From assembly GCA_964355645.1 (NCBI GenBank), contig CAYHDI010000003.1:887-64886 (forward strand): DNA of 64,000 nt. Direction: 5' to 3'. A program made the translations under genes and the position numbers. Position 1 is the stretch's first letter; each line of letters begins with the position of its first letter. The notes beneath the pieces were generated by a model that searched no databases, was not told the origin of the DNA, and saw only the letters and a list, made by a program, of their open reading frames with translations. Below, one piece after another: positions 45,373 to 56,030 of the stretch. Source of the DNA: an uncultured Candidatus Saccharibacteria bacterium. Its GTDB lineage: Bacteria; Patescibacteriota; Minisyncoccia; Phycocordibacterales; Zambryskibacteraceae.

Positions 45373-48300
45373 ATGTCTATCACACCACGAAACAAAAACA
45401 TAGATACCACAAACTTCGATAGCATTGTCATCAAGCTGGCCTCACCTGAACGAATCAAAGAATGGTCGTATGGAGAAGTGACCAAACCGGAAACCATTAA
45501 CTACAGAACCCAACGTAGCGAGAGAAACGGTCTATTCGACGAAAAGATTTTCGGACCGGATAGAGACTTCGAATGTTACTGCGGGAAATACAGAGGTATT
45601 CGCTACAAAGGAATTGTTTGTGAAAAATGTGGAGTCGAGATTACCCGGTCCATTGTTCGTCGAGAAAGGATGGGCCACATTGAACTTGCTTCACCCGTTG
45701 CTCACATCTGGTTTTTGAAGAATGTGCCGTCACGCATCTCACTTATCATGGGTATTCCAGTGGCCGATTTGGAAAAAGTAATTTACTTCGCAGGATATAT
45801 TGTCACCTCTGTTTCTGAAACAGAGAAAGCCAGAGTCTTAAAAGATTTGGATTCAGAATTTAAAGCGAAAATTAAGGGTCTGCAAGACGACAAGAGCAAA
45901 GAAGCTTTGAAGGAATTGGCTCTGGCTACCAAGAAAGATATTGAATCGATTGCTCTAGGTCGAGTGCTTGATGAGGTCGAATATCATCGATTTAGTTCAA
46001 AATATTCAACTGTTTTTGAAGCAGAAATCGGAGCAGAAGCCATCTACAACATTTTGAAAAAGATTGATTTGATTAAGCTTCAAAAAGAATTGGAAATCAT
46101 GCTGGAAACGGCTCCTTCAACGGAGATTGCCAGGATAAACAAACGCATCAGTACTCTTCAATGGATGAGATTGGCCAATATTCGACCAGAATGGATGTTT
46201 CTCACTCGTATTCCAGTCATTCCTCCTGCCATTCGTCCGATGGTTCCGCTTGATGGAGGTAGATATGCCACTTCGGACGTGAACGATTTGTATCGCCGAG
46301 TAATCAATAGAAATAATCGTCTAAAAAAATTAAAGGAAATTTTTGCACCCGATGTTATCCTTAGAAATGAGAAGAGAATTCTTCAAGAAGCAGTCGATGC
46401 CCTGATTGATAATACCATCAGACATGGACAAGCCTCTGGGAATCAATCTCAACGCCGTCCTCTTAAATCACTCTCAGACAACCTCAAGGGCAAACGAGGA
46501 CTCTTCAGACAAAACCTGTTGGGCAAACGAGTAGATTACTCCGGTCGCTCGGTGATTGTGGTTGGTCCTGAATTGAAACTTCATCAATGTGGTTTGCCGA
46601 AACACATGGCTCTCGAATTGTTCAAACCGTTCATCATCTCTGAACTTTTGAAGAGGGAATTAACGTACAACATCCCTGGAGCTCGAAGACTGATTGAGGA
46701 TGCTATTCCGGAAGTTTGGGCCATTCTCGAAAACATTATTAAAGACAAATACGTTCTCTTAAACCGTGCACCGACTCTTCACCGACTTGGTATTCAGGCT
46801 TTTCAGCCGATTCTAATTGAAGGTAATGCTATCCAACTTCACCCTCTCGTGTGTACGGCTTTCAACGCTGACTTCGATGGAGATCAGATGGCCGTTCACG
46901 TTCCATTATCAGACGCTGCTCAAGCTGAGGCACGATTAATCATGGCCGCAGACAAAAACATTTTGAAGCCAGGCAACGGAAGCCTCGTTCTCTCAATCGA
47001 TAAACTTGATTTGGTCCTTGGAAGTTATTGGGCCACCAGTATTGTGGCTGGAGAAAAAGGCGAGGGGAAATACTTCTCGAGTCCAAATAGAGCCATTCTT
47101 CTGAGTGATTTTGATGCTCTGAGTCACAGAGCCAAGATTAAGGTTTTGCCCACGGATTCTCCCAAGTACAAAGGTTTTGAAGGAAAAGTATTCGAAACTT
47201 CTGTGGGACGTCTTCTATTCAACACGGTTCTTCCAGACGATTATCCATTCCAGAACTATGAAGTAAACAACAAAAAAATGGGCAGTTTGATCGATGATTT
47301 GATTGAACACTACGGTCTTGAAAGTATTCCACCAATCATTGATCGAATTAAAACATTTGGGTTCAAGTTTGCCACACGTTCAGGAACGACTTGGAGCTTG
47401 ACCGATGTGAAGATTCCTGAACAGAAACAGGGATTAATCCAAGCTGGTCGAGACAATGTTTTGAAAATCATTGATCAATACAATGATGGTCTTCTCTCGG
47501 AACATGAACGAATACAAAAATCTGTTGAAACATGGCAGGCGGTTAAGGGAGAAGTAGAATCACTCATTCCTTCTACTTTGAAAGAAAAAGAATCCGTTCA
47601 CGATCTCATTCACTCAGGAGCTCGAGGCTCACTCGGTCAGATTAATCAGATGGCCGGGATGATTGGTATTATTCAAAATGTCGCCGGTGAGTCTCTGGAA
47701 TTCCCAATCCTATCTTGCTACAAGGAAGGTTTGACTCCACTTGAATACTTCATTACTACCCACGGTTCACGCAAAGGTCTCACAGACACAGCTCTCAACA
47801 CAGCCAAAGCCGGATATCTCACTCGTCGATTGTTTGATGTGGCTCAAGACGAAATCATTAGTGAAGAAGATTGTGGAACCAAAGAAAGCACCACTATCAG
47901 CAAGAAAACCGCATCAGGTATTGAAATTCCTCTCTTTAAGACAATCAAAGGTAGATATTTGGCTAAGGATGTAGTCGACTCAAAAAATGAAGTTTTGTTC
48001 AAAAAAGGTCACTTCATTACGAAAGCTGATGCTATGACCATCGAATCCTCAAACATCGAAAGTGTTGAAGTTCGTTCTCCAATGACTTGCAAATCACTTA
48101 GTGGGGTTTGCGTGAAATGCTATGGTTCAGATTTGGGTACAAACAAAGTGATTGAACTTGGTGAGGCGGTTGGGACAGTCGCCGCTCAAGCCATCGGTGA
48201 ACCGGGAACCCAGCTTACTATGCGTACATTCCATGCCGGAGGAGTGGCTTCACAAGGTGGAGACATCACCGCCGGTTTGCCGAGAGTTGAGGAAATTTTC

Positions 48301-49032
48301 GAAAAGCGCAAACCGAAGGCTCCGGCTTCAATCTCACACCTCAATGGTTTAGTAAGTGAAATTAAAGTTGATGGTTCAGACAGAACAATCGTCATTACTC
48401 CTGAATTAGGAGAGGCCAAAGCCAAAAAACTCGACAACGAATATTTGGTTGGTTCGAACAGAAGCATCTTGGTGGACGTTGGTACGAAAGTTAATAAAGG
48501 AGATTTTCTCACAGACGGTTCGGCGGATCTTGATGAACTTTTCCGCTACGCAGGTCGAGAAAAAACGGAAAACTACATCATTCATGAAGTTTCTAAACTT
48601 TATGAACTTCAAGGGGCTGCGGTTTCTCACAAACACATTGAACTCATTATTCGACAAATGTTCTCAAGACGCAAGATAAAGGAAGCCGGAGATACCATGT
48701 TTACTCGAGGTGATATCGTAGAAGTTTCAGATTTCATGGAAACAAATGAAAGGATGAAAGTGGATGGTAAGGAAGAAGCCAAGGCTGATCCAGTTATCAT
48801 GGGCATTTCTGAAGTTTCTCTCTCTCGAGCCTCATTCCTCTCAGCTGCTTCATTCCAACATACTCCACGGGTGCTTATTCAAGCAGCCATTCGTGGGGCA
48901 GAAGATGAACTTATTGGGCTCAAGGAAAATGTTATCATCGGACGCATGATACCGGCGGGCACTGGTTTCAAAGGCGGGTATAAAGAAAAACTTATATGCG
49001 AGGCACAGTCGATTCAATCAAAGAACGGCTAG
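45373..49032 (+). CDS. rpoC: DNA-directed RNA polymerase subunit beta'
   Basis: Zn-finger [30 protein letters not shown] catalytic motif; start at MSITPRN. Confidence 0.95.
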   Translation: MSITPRNKNIDTTNFDSIVIKLASPERIKEWSYGEVTKPETINYRTQRSERNGLFDEKIFGPDRDFECYCGKYRGIRYKGIVCEKCGVEITRSIVRRERMGHIELASPVAHIWFLKNVPSRISLIMGIPVADLEKVIYFAGYIVTSVSETEKARVLKDLDSEFKAKIKGLQDDKSKEALKELALATKKDIESIALGRVLDEVEYHRFSSKYSTVFEAEIGAEAIYNILKKIDLIKLQKELEIMLETAPSTEIARINKRISTLQWMRLANIRPEWMFLTRIPVIPPAIRPMVPLDGGRYATSDVNDLYRRVINRNNRLKKLKEIFAPDVILRNEKRILQEAVDALIDNTIRHGQASGNQSQRRPLKSLSDNLKGKRGLFRQNLLGKRVDYSGRSVIVVGPELKLHQCGLPKHMALELFKPFIISELLKRELTYNIPGARRLIEDAIPEVWAILENIIKDKYVLLNRAPTLHRLGIQAFQPILIEGNAIQLHPLVCTAFNADFDGDQMAVHVPLSDAAQAEARLIMAADKNILKPGNGSLVLSIDKLDLVLGSYWATSIVAGEKGEGKYFSSPNRAILLSDFDALSHRAKIKVLPTDSPKYKGFEGKVFETSVGRLLFNTVLPDDYPFQNYEVNNKKMGSLIDDLIEHYGLESIPPIIDRIKTFGFKFATRSGTTWSLTDVKIPEQKQGLIQAGRDNVLKIIDQYNDGLLSEHERIQKSVETWQAVKGEVESLIPSTLKEKESVHDLIHSGARGSLGQINQMAGMIGIIQNVAGESLEFPILSCYKEGLTPLEYFITTHGSRKGLTDTALNTAKAGYLTRRLFDVAQDEIISEEDCGTKESTTISKKTASGIEIPLFKTIKGRYLAKDVVDSKNEVLFKKGHFITKADAMTIESSNIESVEVRSPMTCKSLSGVCVKCYGSDLGTNKVIELGEAVGTVAAQAIGEPGTQLTMRTFHAGGVASQGGDITAGLPRVEEIFEKRKPKAPASISHLNGLVSEIKVDGSDRTIVITPELGEAKAKKLDNEYLVGSNRSILVDVGTKVNKGDFLTDGSADLDELFRYAGREKTENYIIHEVSKLYELQGAAVSHKHIELIIRQMFSRRKIKEAGDTMFTRGDIVEVSDFMETNERMKVDGKEEAKADPVIMGISEVSLSRASFLSAASFQHTPRVLIQAAIRGAEDELIGLKENVIIGRMIPAGTGFKGGYKEKLICEAQSIQSKNG

Positions 49033-50597
49033 ATATCGTTGAAGTTGTGGGCTCTTACCTCAAACTAGAAAAATCGGGCCAGAATTTCAAAGGTAAATGT
49101 CCGTTCCATAATGAGAAGACGCCATCCTTTTTCGTGTCGCCTACCAGACAAAGTTTTTATTGTTTTGGTTGTGGGGCCAAAGGGGATATCTTCAGTATTG
49201 TAGAGGAAATGGAAGGAGTAGATTTCAAGGGTGCCCTCAAACTTCTCGCCGAACGGGCCGGAGTCGAAATAGAATACACCCGAGGTGAATCTAAAACAGA
49301 AAAAGATAAACTTTATAATGCCCTTGAGGATGCCTCTTTATTTTTCGAATCAGAATTAGAGAAAAAATCCGAAGCTTTGAAATATCTTGAATCAAGAGGA
49401 GTTTCAGAGGAGTCGATTAAAAATTGGAGATTGGGTTTTGCTCCGAATGAGTGGAGAGGTTTGTTTTCAAATCTTAGTGCTTTAGGATATTCCAAGGAAA
49501 CTTTACTCAGGGCTGGGTTAGTGAAATTGGCTGATAAGGAAGACAAGGAAAAAACCCCGTACGATGTTTTCAGAGGCAGAATAACCTTCCCAATCTTCGA
49601 TTCAAGTGGAAAGGTAATTGCCTTTTCTGGACGCGCACTTGATAAGGAGACTGAACCGAAATACTTAAACACACCCGAAACTGTTTTATTCACCAAAAGT
49701 GAAGTATTGTACGGATTGGACAAAGCCAAGGATGATATTCGCAAGAAAAATTATGCGGTGCTTGTTGAGGGTCAACTTGATTTGGTCCTCTCTCATCAAG
49801 GGGGAGTGAAAAACACCGTGGCTTCGTCAGGCACCGCCTTTACCCAAGAACATCTTCTACGATTAAAACGACTTTCTCCGAGAATTATCCTGGCGTTTGA
49901 TGGAGATGGGGCAGGAGAGAAAGCGGCCGAGAAAAGCGCTCTGTTGAGCCTTTCTCTGGGAATGGAGGTCAAGATAGCTAGACTTCCTTTTGGGAGCGAC
50001 CCAGCGGATTTGTCTAAAGAGAATCCCGAAGAATGGAAAGAAGTATTGAGAAAAGCCACCCATGCTATAGAGTTCGTTCTCAACAAAATTATTGAAACAG
50101 AAAATGATGAACGAAAGTTGGGCAAAGCCATAAACCTTAAAGTCCTACCGATGATTACTTTGCTTGAAAGTTCGATTGAACGTTCGCATTTTGTTTCTCT
50201 TATTGCCAAACAAACAGGTTTAAGAGAAGAAATAATCTGGGAGGATTTGAGAAGGACCAAGGTGCCGGATATTCTTCAAATCAAAAGTACTAGAGAAGAT
50301 TCAGAAGAGATTCAAGAAGTTGGGAATAGACTTCATACCATGAGAGAGAGAATAGAAGAGAAACTTGTTGAAGTAACCAGTTGGTTAAAAGACTTGGCTG
50401 AGGATTCAGAAGAATACAAGAAATTAAAAAAAGAAGAGATTGAACTCATGGCCCGATTAAATATAGCCAAACTTGAAGAAGAAAGGGCGGGCCTGCAAAC
50501 AGAACTCGCACGTGGCCCAGGCGAGTCAGAAGAATTGAGTCAGAAAATTATCGGGTTAAATTTACGAATAGATGAAGAGAAGAGAAAAATAGTATAG
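48996..50597 (+). CDS. dnaG: DNA primase
   Basis: CHC2 zinc finger CPFHNEKTPSF...CFGCG, Toprim VEGQLDLV...DGDGAGEKA; overlaps rpoC 3' end. Confidence 0.9.
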   Translation: MRGTVDSIKERLDIVEVVGSYLKLEKSGQNFKGKCPFHNEKTPSFFVSPTRQSFYCFGCGAKGDIFSIVEEMEGVDFKGALKLLAERAGVEIEYTRGESKTEKDKLYNALEDASLFFESELEKKSEALKYLESRGVSEESIKNWRLGFAPNEWRGLFSNLSALGYSKETLLRAGLVKLADKEDKEKTPYDVFRGRITFPIFDSSGKVIAFSGRALDKETEPKYLNTPETVLFTKSEVLYGLDKAKDDIRKKNYAVLVEGQLDLVLSHQGGVKNTVASSGTAFTQEHLLRLKRLSPRIILAFDGDGAGEKAAEKSALLSLSLGMEVKIARLPFGSDPADLSKENPEEWKEVLRKATHAIEFVLNKIIETENDERKLGKAINLKVLPMITLLESSIERSHFVSLIAKQTGLREEIIWEDLRRTKVPDILQIKSTREDSEEIQEVGNRLHTMRERIEEKLVEVTSWLKDLAEDSEEYKKLKKEEIELMARLNIAKLEEERAGLQTELARGPGESEELSQKIIGLNLRIDEEKRKIV

Positions 50598-50611
50598 AAT
50601 AATATTTTCTA

Positions 50612-51856
50612 ATGAAAAACACCAAAAAACAAAAAAAAGGACGCAAAGCCCATCCAAAGAAAGTGGTCAAGCCCCGACGCGCTACGCGATCGGGGTCCCG
50701 ACCACTGCGTGCGTCGGGAAAAAAAGTTCATAAAAAAATTATCAAAAAAGTTTCTAAGCCAATAAAAATCAAAAAAACAAAAAAAGCGGCTGACGAATTA
50801 ATCAAAATCGAACGACTTATAAAGAAAGGCAAAGATAAAGGCTTCGTGACCTTCGATGAGATTCTCAAGGAATTCCCAACGGCCGAAGATAACATTATTT
50901 TCCTTGATAGTTTGTATGACAGACTCAATGTTTTAGGTATAGATATTCTTGAAAGCGGAGGATTGCTTGAGATGCCTGTCGAGGAAACCGGCAAGAAATA
51001 TTCGTATAGCAAATCTGATTCTTCTTATGACTCAATCCAAATGTATTTGAAGGAGATTGGTCAATACCCACTTATCCCAGGTTCTATGGAAAAGGAATTG
51101 GCGAAGAGAATTGAACAAGGTGATGAAGATGCGAAGAACCTTTTGGCCAAAGCAAACTTGCGTTTAGTAGTGTCTATAGCTAAAAAGTATGCGAATCGAA
51201 GCCCCGACCTGACTCTTCTTGATCTTATTCAAGAAGGGAACCTCGGCTTATTCAAAGCGGTTGATAAGTTTGATTGGACTAAAGGTTATAAATTTTCAAC
51301 CTATGCGACTTGGTGGATTAGACAAGCTATCACTCGGGCCCTCGCAGATCAATCACGTACAATTCGTGTGCCCGTGCACATGGTTGAGACTATTGCCAAG
51401 TACAAACAAGTTGTTCGTCGTTTGACTCAAGATCTCGGGCGCGAACCTCTGGCTGAAGAGATTGCTATGGAAATGAACCTTGATGTAGAGAAAGTTTATC
51501 AAATAGAAAAAATTGATCAGGCCACAGTTTCTCTTGAAAATCCGGTTGGGGATGATGGAGATGATGGAAAGTCTAAACTCGGAGATTTCATTGCGGATGA
51601 CAAGATTATTGCTCCGGATATGGAATCCTCGCGTCGCATCATTCAAGACCAAGTGAAAGAAATTCTCGGCGACCTCCCTCCGAAAGAACGCAAAATTCTC
51701 GAAATGAGACACGGATTAACAGACGGTTATACTCACACCCTTGAAGAAGTGGGGAAAGTTTTCGGTGTCACTCGTGAACGTATCAGACAAATTGAAGCCA
51801 AAGCACACGAAAAGATTCGCCAACACGAGAAAATTAATCGTCTTCGCGGATATTAA
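50612..51856 (+). CDS. rpoD: RNA polymerase sigma factor RpoD with Lys-rich N-terminal extension
   Basis: regions 1.2-4 including [31 protein letters not shown], region 4 HTH; dnaG-rpoD synteny. Confidence 0.9.
   Translation: MKNTKKQKKGRKAHPKKVVKPRRATRSGSRPLRASGKKVHKKIIKKVSKPIKIKKTKKAADELIKIERLIKKGKDKGFVTFDEILKEFPTAEDNIIFLDSLYDRLNVLGIDILESGGLLEMPVEETGKKYSYSKSDSSYDSIQMYLKEIGQYPLIPGSMEKELAKRIEQGDEDAKNLLAKANLRLVVSIAKKYANRSPDLTLLDLIQEGNLGLFKAVDKFDWTKGYKFSTYATWWIRQAITRALADQSRTIRVPVHMVETIAKYKQVVRRLTQDLGREPLAEEIAMEMNLDVEKVYQIEKIDQATVSLENPVGDDGDDGKSKLGDFIADDKIIAPDMESSRRIIQDQVKEILGDLPPKERKILEMRHGLTDGYTHTLEEVGKVFGVTRERIRQIEAKAHEKIRQHEKINRLRGY
50672..50719. repeat. GC-rich double-hairpin mini-repeat, copy B (in-frame inside rpoD N-terminal extension)
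   Basis: ccccgac-gcgctacgcga-tcgggg + tcccgac-cactgcgtgc-gtcggga; second hairpin matches copy A at 23/24 nt. Confidence 0.5.
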
Positions 51857-51857
51857 T

Positions 51858-51895
51858 TTTTAAGCAAGAACGGTTCTTGCTTAAAAATGATAACG
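51858..51895 (+). terminator. Rho-independent terminator after rpoD
   Basis: ttaagcaagaac-cg-gttcttgcttaa hairpin flanked by T/A runs. Confidence 0.65.
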
Positions 51896-52208
51896 CCTGG
51901 AAAAAAATAGCAAGAATTTTTATTCATTAAGAAAAGCACCGAGGTCAGTCGGTGCGGTCAGATGGTACAGCGTTGTAGTTTGTTTTAGAACTAGGACCAA
52001 GAACTTGGGGTTCTGTTTTTGCGTCTCCCACGAAATTCGAAGTGTAAATACAATCCCCACAGTGCGTTCACGGCTATCACGAGGATTGCTGGAGCGAAAA
52101 GAGGATCATGAAAATGTGCAAGTATCCAATTCAGCATGGTTTGGGTTCCAGAAGGGGTGAGGAGTACAGGCCTAACTTCAATGTAGCACAAAGAGTCTAA
52201 AAGTCAAT

Positions 52209-53786
52209 TTAAACTAAATCTACAAAGAATTTCCAGAGACGATACATAGCCAGGGTGTCGAGCTTGCAGTATTCAAGCATTTCCTTTTTCTTTTTTTCTA
52301 TATCTTTACTTTTCAATTTGCCTGAAACAATCTTCTCATAGGCATCAATGGCTTCAGTCCCACTCTTCACTCCCAAATCCTTATAGGACAAATCTTTAAT
52401 TAAGGCAGGCAGGACTTTCTTGATTGATGAGCGTCCAAGGAAATCTGGATGCACATAATGTTGGTCCTCAACTATTTTCATCAAATCATATGTTCGATGG
52501 ATAATATCATCAAAAAACTTTTTGTATTTCGGAAGCATATTTCCCAATTCCTTGTTTCTAGTATTTTCAAACGCGGCGTACCAAGAAATGATGCTTCCTT
52601 TGTTGCCTATACGTTCATGAAGACTTTCGGCGATTCTTTCTGCTGGGTCTCCATCAAAAATTAAACATTCATAATGCTCTGGTAAACTGTCTAGTTTCTG
52701 CAAGACGTGCAGAGAATATTGAAAAACAATATGTTGATACGGTTTGTATCCATTGTATCGAGGAATAGCTGTTGGACATGTCTCATAATCTAGGAAATAA
52801 AGAGGGAAGCTGAGCGAATCAAGTTCGGCTTTCAGAGATTCACCGTTCACCATTGGTTTTTGAGATTTATGAACCAAAACTTGATTAAGCTTTTTGTTCT
52901 GTAGGCGTTCATCAACTGGTACGTCTTTCATATCAAGAATCCCAGCATCCAAAAGTTCAGTCAAATATTTTTTGCTATTTCCAATTCTATTCAAATCATG
53001 AACACTATAGGCAGGCACGTTCTTTTCTCTGTTATTGTAAGCGAAAGTAGTACAATGCGATGTGCGACCTTTGTAGAAACACGAACACGGGCCAACTTGC
53101 TCTCTATCAGAAGACAAATATTTGTAGGCTTCCTCCATTTCTATCTCGACTGTTGGGCGAAATTCATCTATGGCTTCGGTTTTGTCTTCGATGATGAAAA
53201 GTGCCCCGGGAGTGAAGTCCAATTCTCCCTCTCGAGTGTAATTTTTGTTCAGTCTGATTAAATATTTTTTATTAAGCTTCACTCCACAATCAGTGACCAC
53301 GTTGGCCTGAAAGGCCAAATCGTATTCATATTGGATTTCCTTTTTGTGTTTCTTTTTGATTTTTCTCCCGACGTTAACAGTCGGGACCCCGGCCTCTTCG
53401 AGCGTCGGGGCGTCCTCATCTTCAGTAGAAGACATCTTGATTTCATACAAATCGTAGCTTTCTGCTTCAGAATTCCATTTCAAAACATCCGTAGCCGCAA
53501 GATATTTGTCCGTTTCAAAGACGGCCTGAAATATCACAGGCATTTTCTCAGCCATGAGTTTCTGGGTTAATTTCTGTGCGCCGGCTCCTCGTTTCTCGAC
53601 CAAATACCCGTTCGGAAACATTCCTCGAGCCAGGAGTTCCACATCATTTCCCATCTCAGCAAGGGACTTTTCGAAATCTGATAATTCGAAATCATTATAA
53701 ATTTCAGGTTTATGCCATTTAACCCAAATGTTTTTCGCGCATTCCCTATAGGAAATGAAATCTGTTTTGGATAAAGTGAGCCCCAT
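52209..53786 (-). CDS. DUF2779-family protein (predicted PD-(D/E)xK nuclease + DnaQ-like exonuclease domains)
   Basis: N-terminal LSKTDFISYRECAKNIWVKW typical of DUF2779; Cys cluster CSCFYKGRTSHC; C-terminal YFLDYETCP…H exonuclease-like motif. Confidence 0.6.
   Translation of the reverse strand: MGLTLSKTDFISYRECAKNIWVKWHKPEIYNDFELSDFEKSLAEMGNDVELLARGMFPNGYLVEKRGAGAQKLTQKLMAEKMPVIFQAVFETDKYLAATDVLKWNSEAESYDLYEIKMSSTEDEDAPTLEEAGVPTVNVGRKIKKKHKKEIQYEYDLAFQANVVTDCGVKLNKKYLIRLNKNYTREGELDFTPGALFIIEDKTEAIDEFRPTVEIEMEEAYKYLSSDREQVGPCSCFYKGRTSHCTTFAYNNREKNVPAYSVHDLNRIGNSKKYLTELLDAGILDMKDVPVDERLQNKKLNQVLVHKSQKPMVNGESLKAELDSLSFPLYFLDYETCPTAIPRYNGYKPYQHIVFQYSLHVLQKLDSLPEHYECLIFDGDPAERIAESLHERIGNKGSIISWYAAFENTRNKELGNMLPKYKKFFDDIIHRTYDLMKIVEDQHYVHPDFLGRSSIKKVLPALIKDLSYKDLGVKSGTEAIDAYEKIVSGKLKSKDIEKKKKEMLEYCKLDTLAMYRLWKFFVDLV
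53367..53410. repeat. GC-rich double-hairpin mini-repeat, copy C (inside DUF2779 gene)
   Basis: tcccgac-gttaacag-tcggga + ccccggc-ctcttcgag-cgtcgggg; shares the cccgac/gtcggg stem module. Confidence 0.4.
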
Positions 53787-53795
53787 ACATAGTGA

Positions 53796-54506
53796 TTATT
53801 TAATTAGAGAATCAAGTTGCAGTTTCACTCGGGCGAAAGGCTGGGCGCCATTTATTGTATCAACATTTTTCCCATTAACCATGATAACTGAATAGGGGGT
53901 GCCAAGTGCCCCGGCTCGTTCAGCGGCGACCACAGAATCCTCAACAAACTTTGTGAACTTACCACTCGAAAGACAACTGTTGAATACGGTGACATCAAGC
54001 CCGATGTCCTTCGCAATGACTGGCAACTCAGCTGGGTCCAAACCATTATTCGAGGGGGTAATTTCGAAGATTTTGTCCACAAATTTCCAGAACGCTGAGT
54101 TTCCACCCTGGTCCGCAGCGCATTCGCTCGCTTCGGATTCTTTCCCGGCTCTTGGATGTAGAGCGTTCGCTCCTTGATAAATAGGGAATTGCCTGTAGAC
54201 CCAAGCTACCTTTCCATCATAAGTATTTATGATGCTTTGCATGGTGTTGTGAAATGTTTTGCAAAATGGACATTCAAAATCGGAATACTCGACCACGACA
54301 ATCTGGGCATTTCGACTACCAATAATATGGTCCTGGTCCGTCACTGGGGCGACAATGACTGAGGGATTGTTTGTGTTGGCTTGAGTGCCTGTCAAACTTC
54401 TTGTTGGGTCTTTCGGCCCTCCGAAATATACCGCTCCGGCCACGAGAAGTCCTGCGACAATGATGGCCAAAGGCACGAGCAAGCTATTGTTTTTTGTATT
54501 ATCCAT
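53796..54506 (-). CDS. DsbA-like thiol:disulfide oxidoreductase (thioredoxin fold, membrane-anchored)
   Basis: N-terminal TM; CPFC active site in VVVEYSDFECPFCKTFH. Confidence 0.75.
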   Translation of the reverse strand: MDNTKNNSLLVPLAIIVAGLLVAGAVYFGGPKDPTRSLTGTQANTNNPSVIVAPVTDQDHIIGSRNAQIVVVEYSDFECPFCKTFHNTMQSIINTYDGKVAWVYRQFPIYQGANALHPRAGKESEASECAADQGGNSAFWKFVDKIFEITPSNNGLDPAELPVIAKDIGLDVTVFNSCLSSGKFTKFVEDSVVAAERAGALGTPYSVIMVNGKNVDTINGAQPFARVKLQLDSLIK

Positions 54507-54556
54507 TAAGTTCGAAATTATGGTTATTGGAGCATTATATCATTGCTCGTGGTTTA

Positions 54557-55132
54557 TTAGAAAGGCAGAGTAAATGTGAGTTTATGTTCGTTCGGCTCTT
54601 CCCATTTGGAAGTATCAAGTTTGATTTCATTCAAATTACCACCTTCTTTAAAAATGAGTTTATTATTTTCGCGGGCAAAATCATAAATCGCTTTGGTAAT
54701 CCTCACATCATCAATACAATATTCACGAATTTTCTCTATCTCGCCGTTTCTCCACCAATTCACGGCTTCTATCCCGTGCCCAATCTTATTCTTGCCGAGC
54801 GTACCTTCGGCCAGTTGGTCGAGTTTCATTCTGCGTCCATATGATGATTGAATTTCTTTGAGGATATCCAAACTTTTTATTTTCGTCAGGTCGCCCGGAT
54901 AATATTTGTTCAAAAGAGGAATGTCGAAGTGGTCAGAATTAAAACCGATGAGCATATCTGCCCGTTCGAGGATGGGCCAAAGCTTCGGTAATTCTTCTTC
55001 TAGGTATGAGGAGTATTCGTCAGTTTCTGAATCATGAATACAAACCATGGAAATATCTAAAAGAGTCGGGTCATTCTTACCCACATCAGAAAAAAAGTTT
55101 TTGGTTTCTATGTCGAAAGTAATCTTACGCAT
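54557..55132 (-). CDS. DEDD-family 3'-5' exonuclease (RNase H-like fold)
   Basis: motif I ITFDIET, motif II FNSDHFDIPLL, motif III YCIDDV; start at MRKITF overlapping upstream hisS-like stop by 8 nt. Confidence 0.65.
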   Translation of the reverse strand: MRKITFDIETKNFFSDVGKNDPTLLDISMVCIHDSETDEYSSYLEEELPKLWPILERADMLIGFNSDHFDIPLLNKYYPGDLTKIKSLDILKEIQSSYGRRMKLDQLAEGTLGKNKIGHGIEAVNWWRNGEIEKIREYCIDDVRITKAIYDFARENNKLIFKEGGNLNEIKLDTSKWEEPNEHKLTFTLPF

Positions 55133-55889
55133 ATGGACCCAGTTTGTGTGTCTCAAGGAAATCACGAAGAGTAATATCTCCCATACCGAAACCAACAGCA
55201 GGTGTCAATTCTACATCAAATAATTCTAAAAGATTGTCGTATCTTCCACCTCCTGCAATAGCTCGCGGATTTTCTGTGTTAGTGTCGAATATTTCAAAAA
55301 CTATTCCGGTGTAATAAGTTTGTCCTCGAGCAAGTGTTTGGTCAGAAACAATGTTTGGTGCAATATCTTTGAATATTTCAGGATTAGAATTGTTTACTCT
55401 GATTTCAAAATCTTCATCTCTTGCTCCAAACTCTTTCATGATTGAATAAGCCAAAGAGATTATCTCTCTATCTCCTTCAATTCCCGCTATGCCCAAAAGA
55501 TCAGCGTTGAGTTGCCAGTGTTCACGCTTTCTGCCTCGTTGGGGCTTTTCATATCGAAAAAGGTTTGGGATAGAATACCAGCGAAGAGGAAATTTCAAAC
55601 TCTTTCTTCTCCCAGCCACCATGCGGGCAAGCGTGGGAGTCATTTCTGGACGAAGGGTAACAGATCGATCTCCGCGGTCGGTGAAGGTAAAGGTTTGCTC
55701 GTTGACTATCTCTTCGCCGGACTTCTCGCTATAAATTTCGGTAGGTTCAAGTATGGAAGCGCCGTATTCTTCATAGTTAAACTTTTCCGCTATTTTTTTC
55801 CATGTATTAAAAATATAATTCTGAATAGCCATATCTTCAGGATAAAAATCCCTTACACCCTTGTATGGAGCTGTATCAAGTTTGGACAT
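55125..55889 (-). CDS. hisS: Histidyl-tRNA synthetase-like catalytic core lacking anticodon-binding domain (254 aa)
   Basis: class II motif 2 FRYEKPQRGRKREHWQ, HisRS motif 3 AIAGGGRYDNL, ends GFGMGDITLRDF where ABD normally begins. Confidence 0.75.
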   Translation of the reverse strand: MSKLDTAPYKGVRDFYPEDMAIQNYIFNTWKKIAEKFNYEEYGASILEPTEIYSEKSGEEIVNEQTFTFTDRGDRSVTLRPEMTPTLARMVAGRRKSLKFPLRWYSIPNLFRYEKPQRGRKREHWQLNADLLGIAGIEGDREIISLAYSIMKEFGARDEDFEIRVNNSNPEIFKDIAPNIVSDQTLARGQTYYTGIVFEIFDTNTENPRAIAGGGRYDNLLELFDVELTPAVGFGMGDITLRDFLETHKLGPYA

Positions 55890-55935
55890 GAATCTAGTAT
55901 ATCAAAGAGCGGATAGTTAAACCAAGTTATTTATA

Positions 55936-56006
55936 GTATACGATATATGATATACTAAAATGGAATATATAAAATAGGAAACAAATGTATACGATATATC
56001 GAATAC
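55936..56006. promoter_or_regulatory. Two operator-like palindromic 20-mers upstream of TrpR-like regulator gene
   Basis: gtatacgatatatgatatac (55936-55955) and gtatacgatatatcgaatac (55987-56006; 19/20 palindromic); an identical copy of the first lies at 56501-56520. Confidence 0.4.
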
Positions 56007-56030
56007 GAAGAATATAATATTCATGAACAC

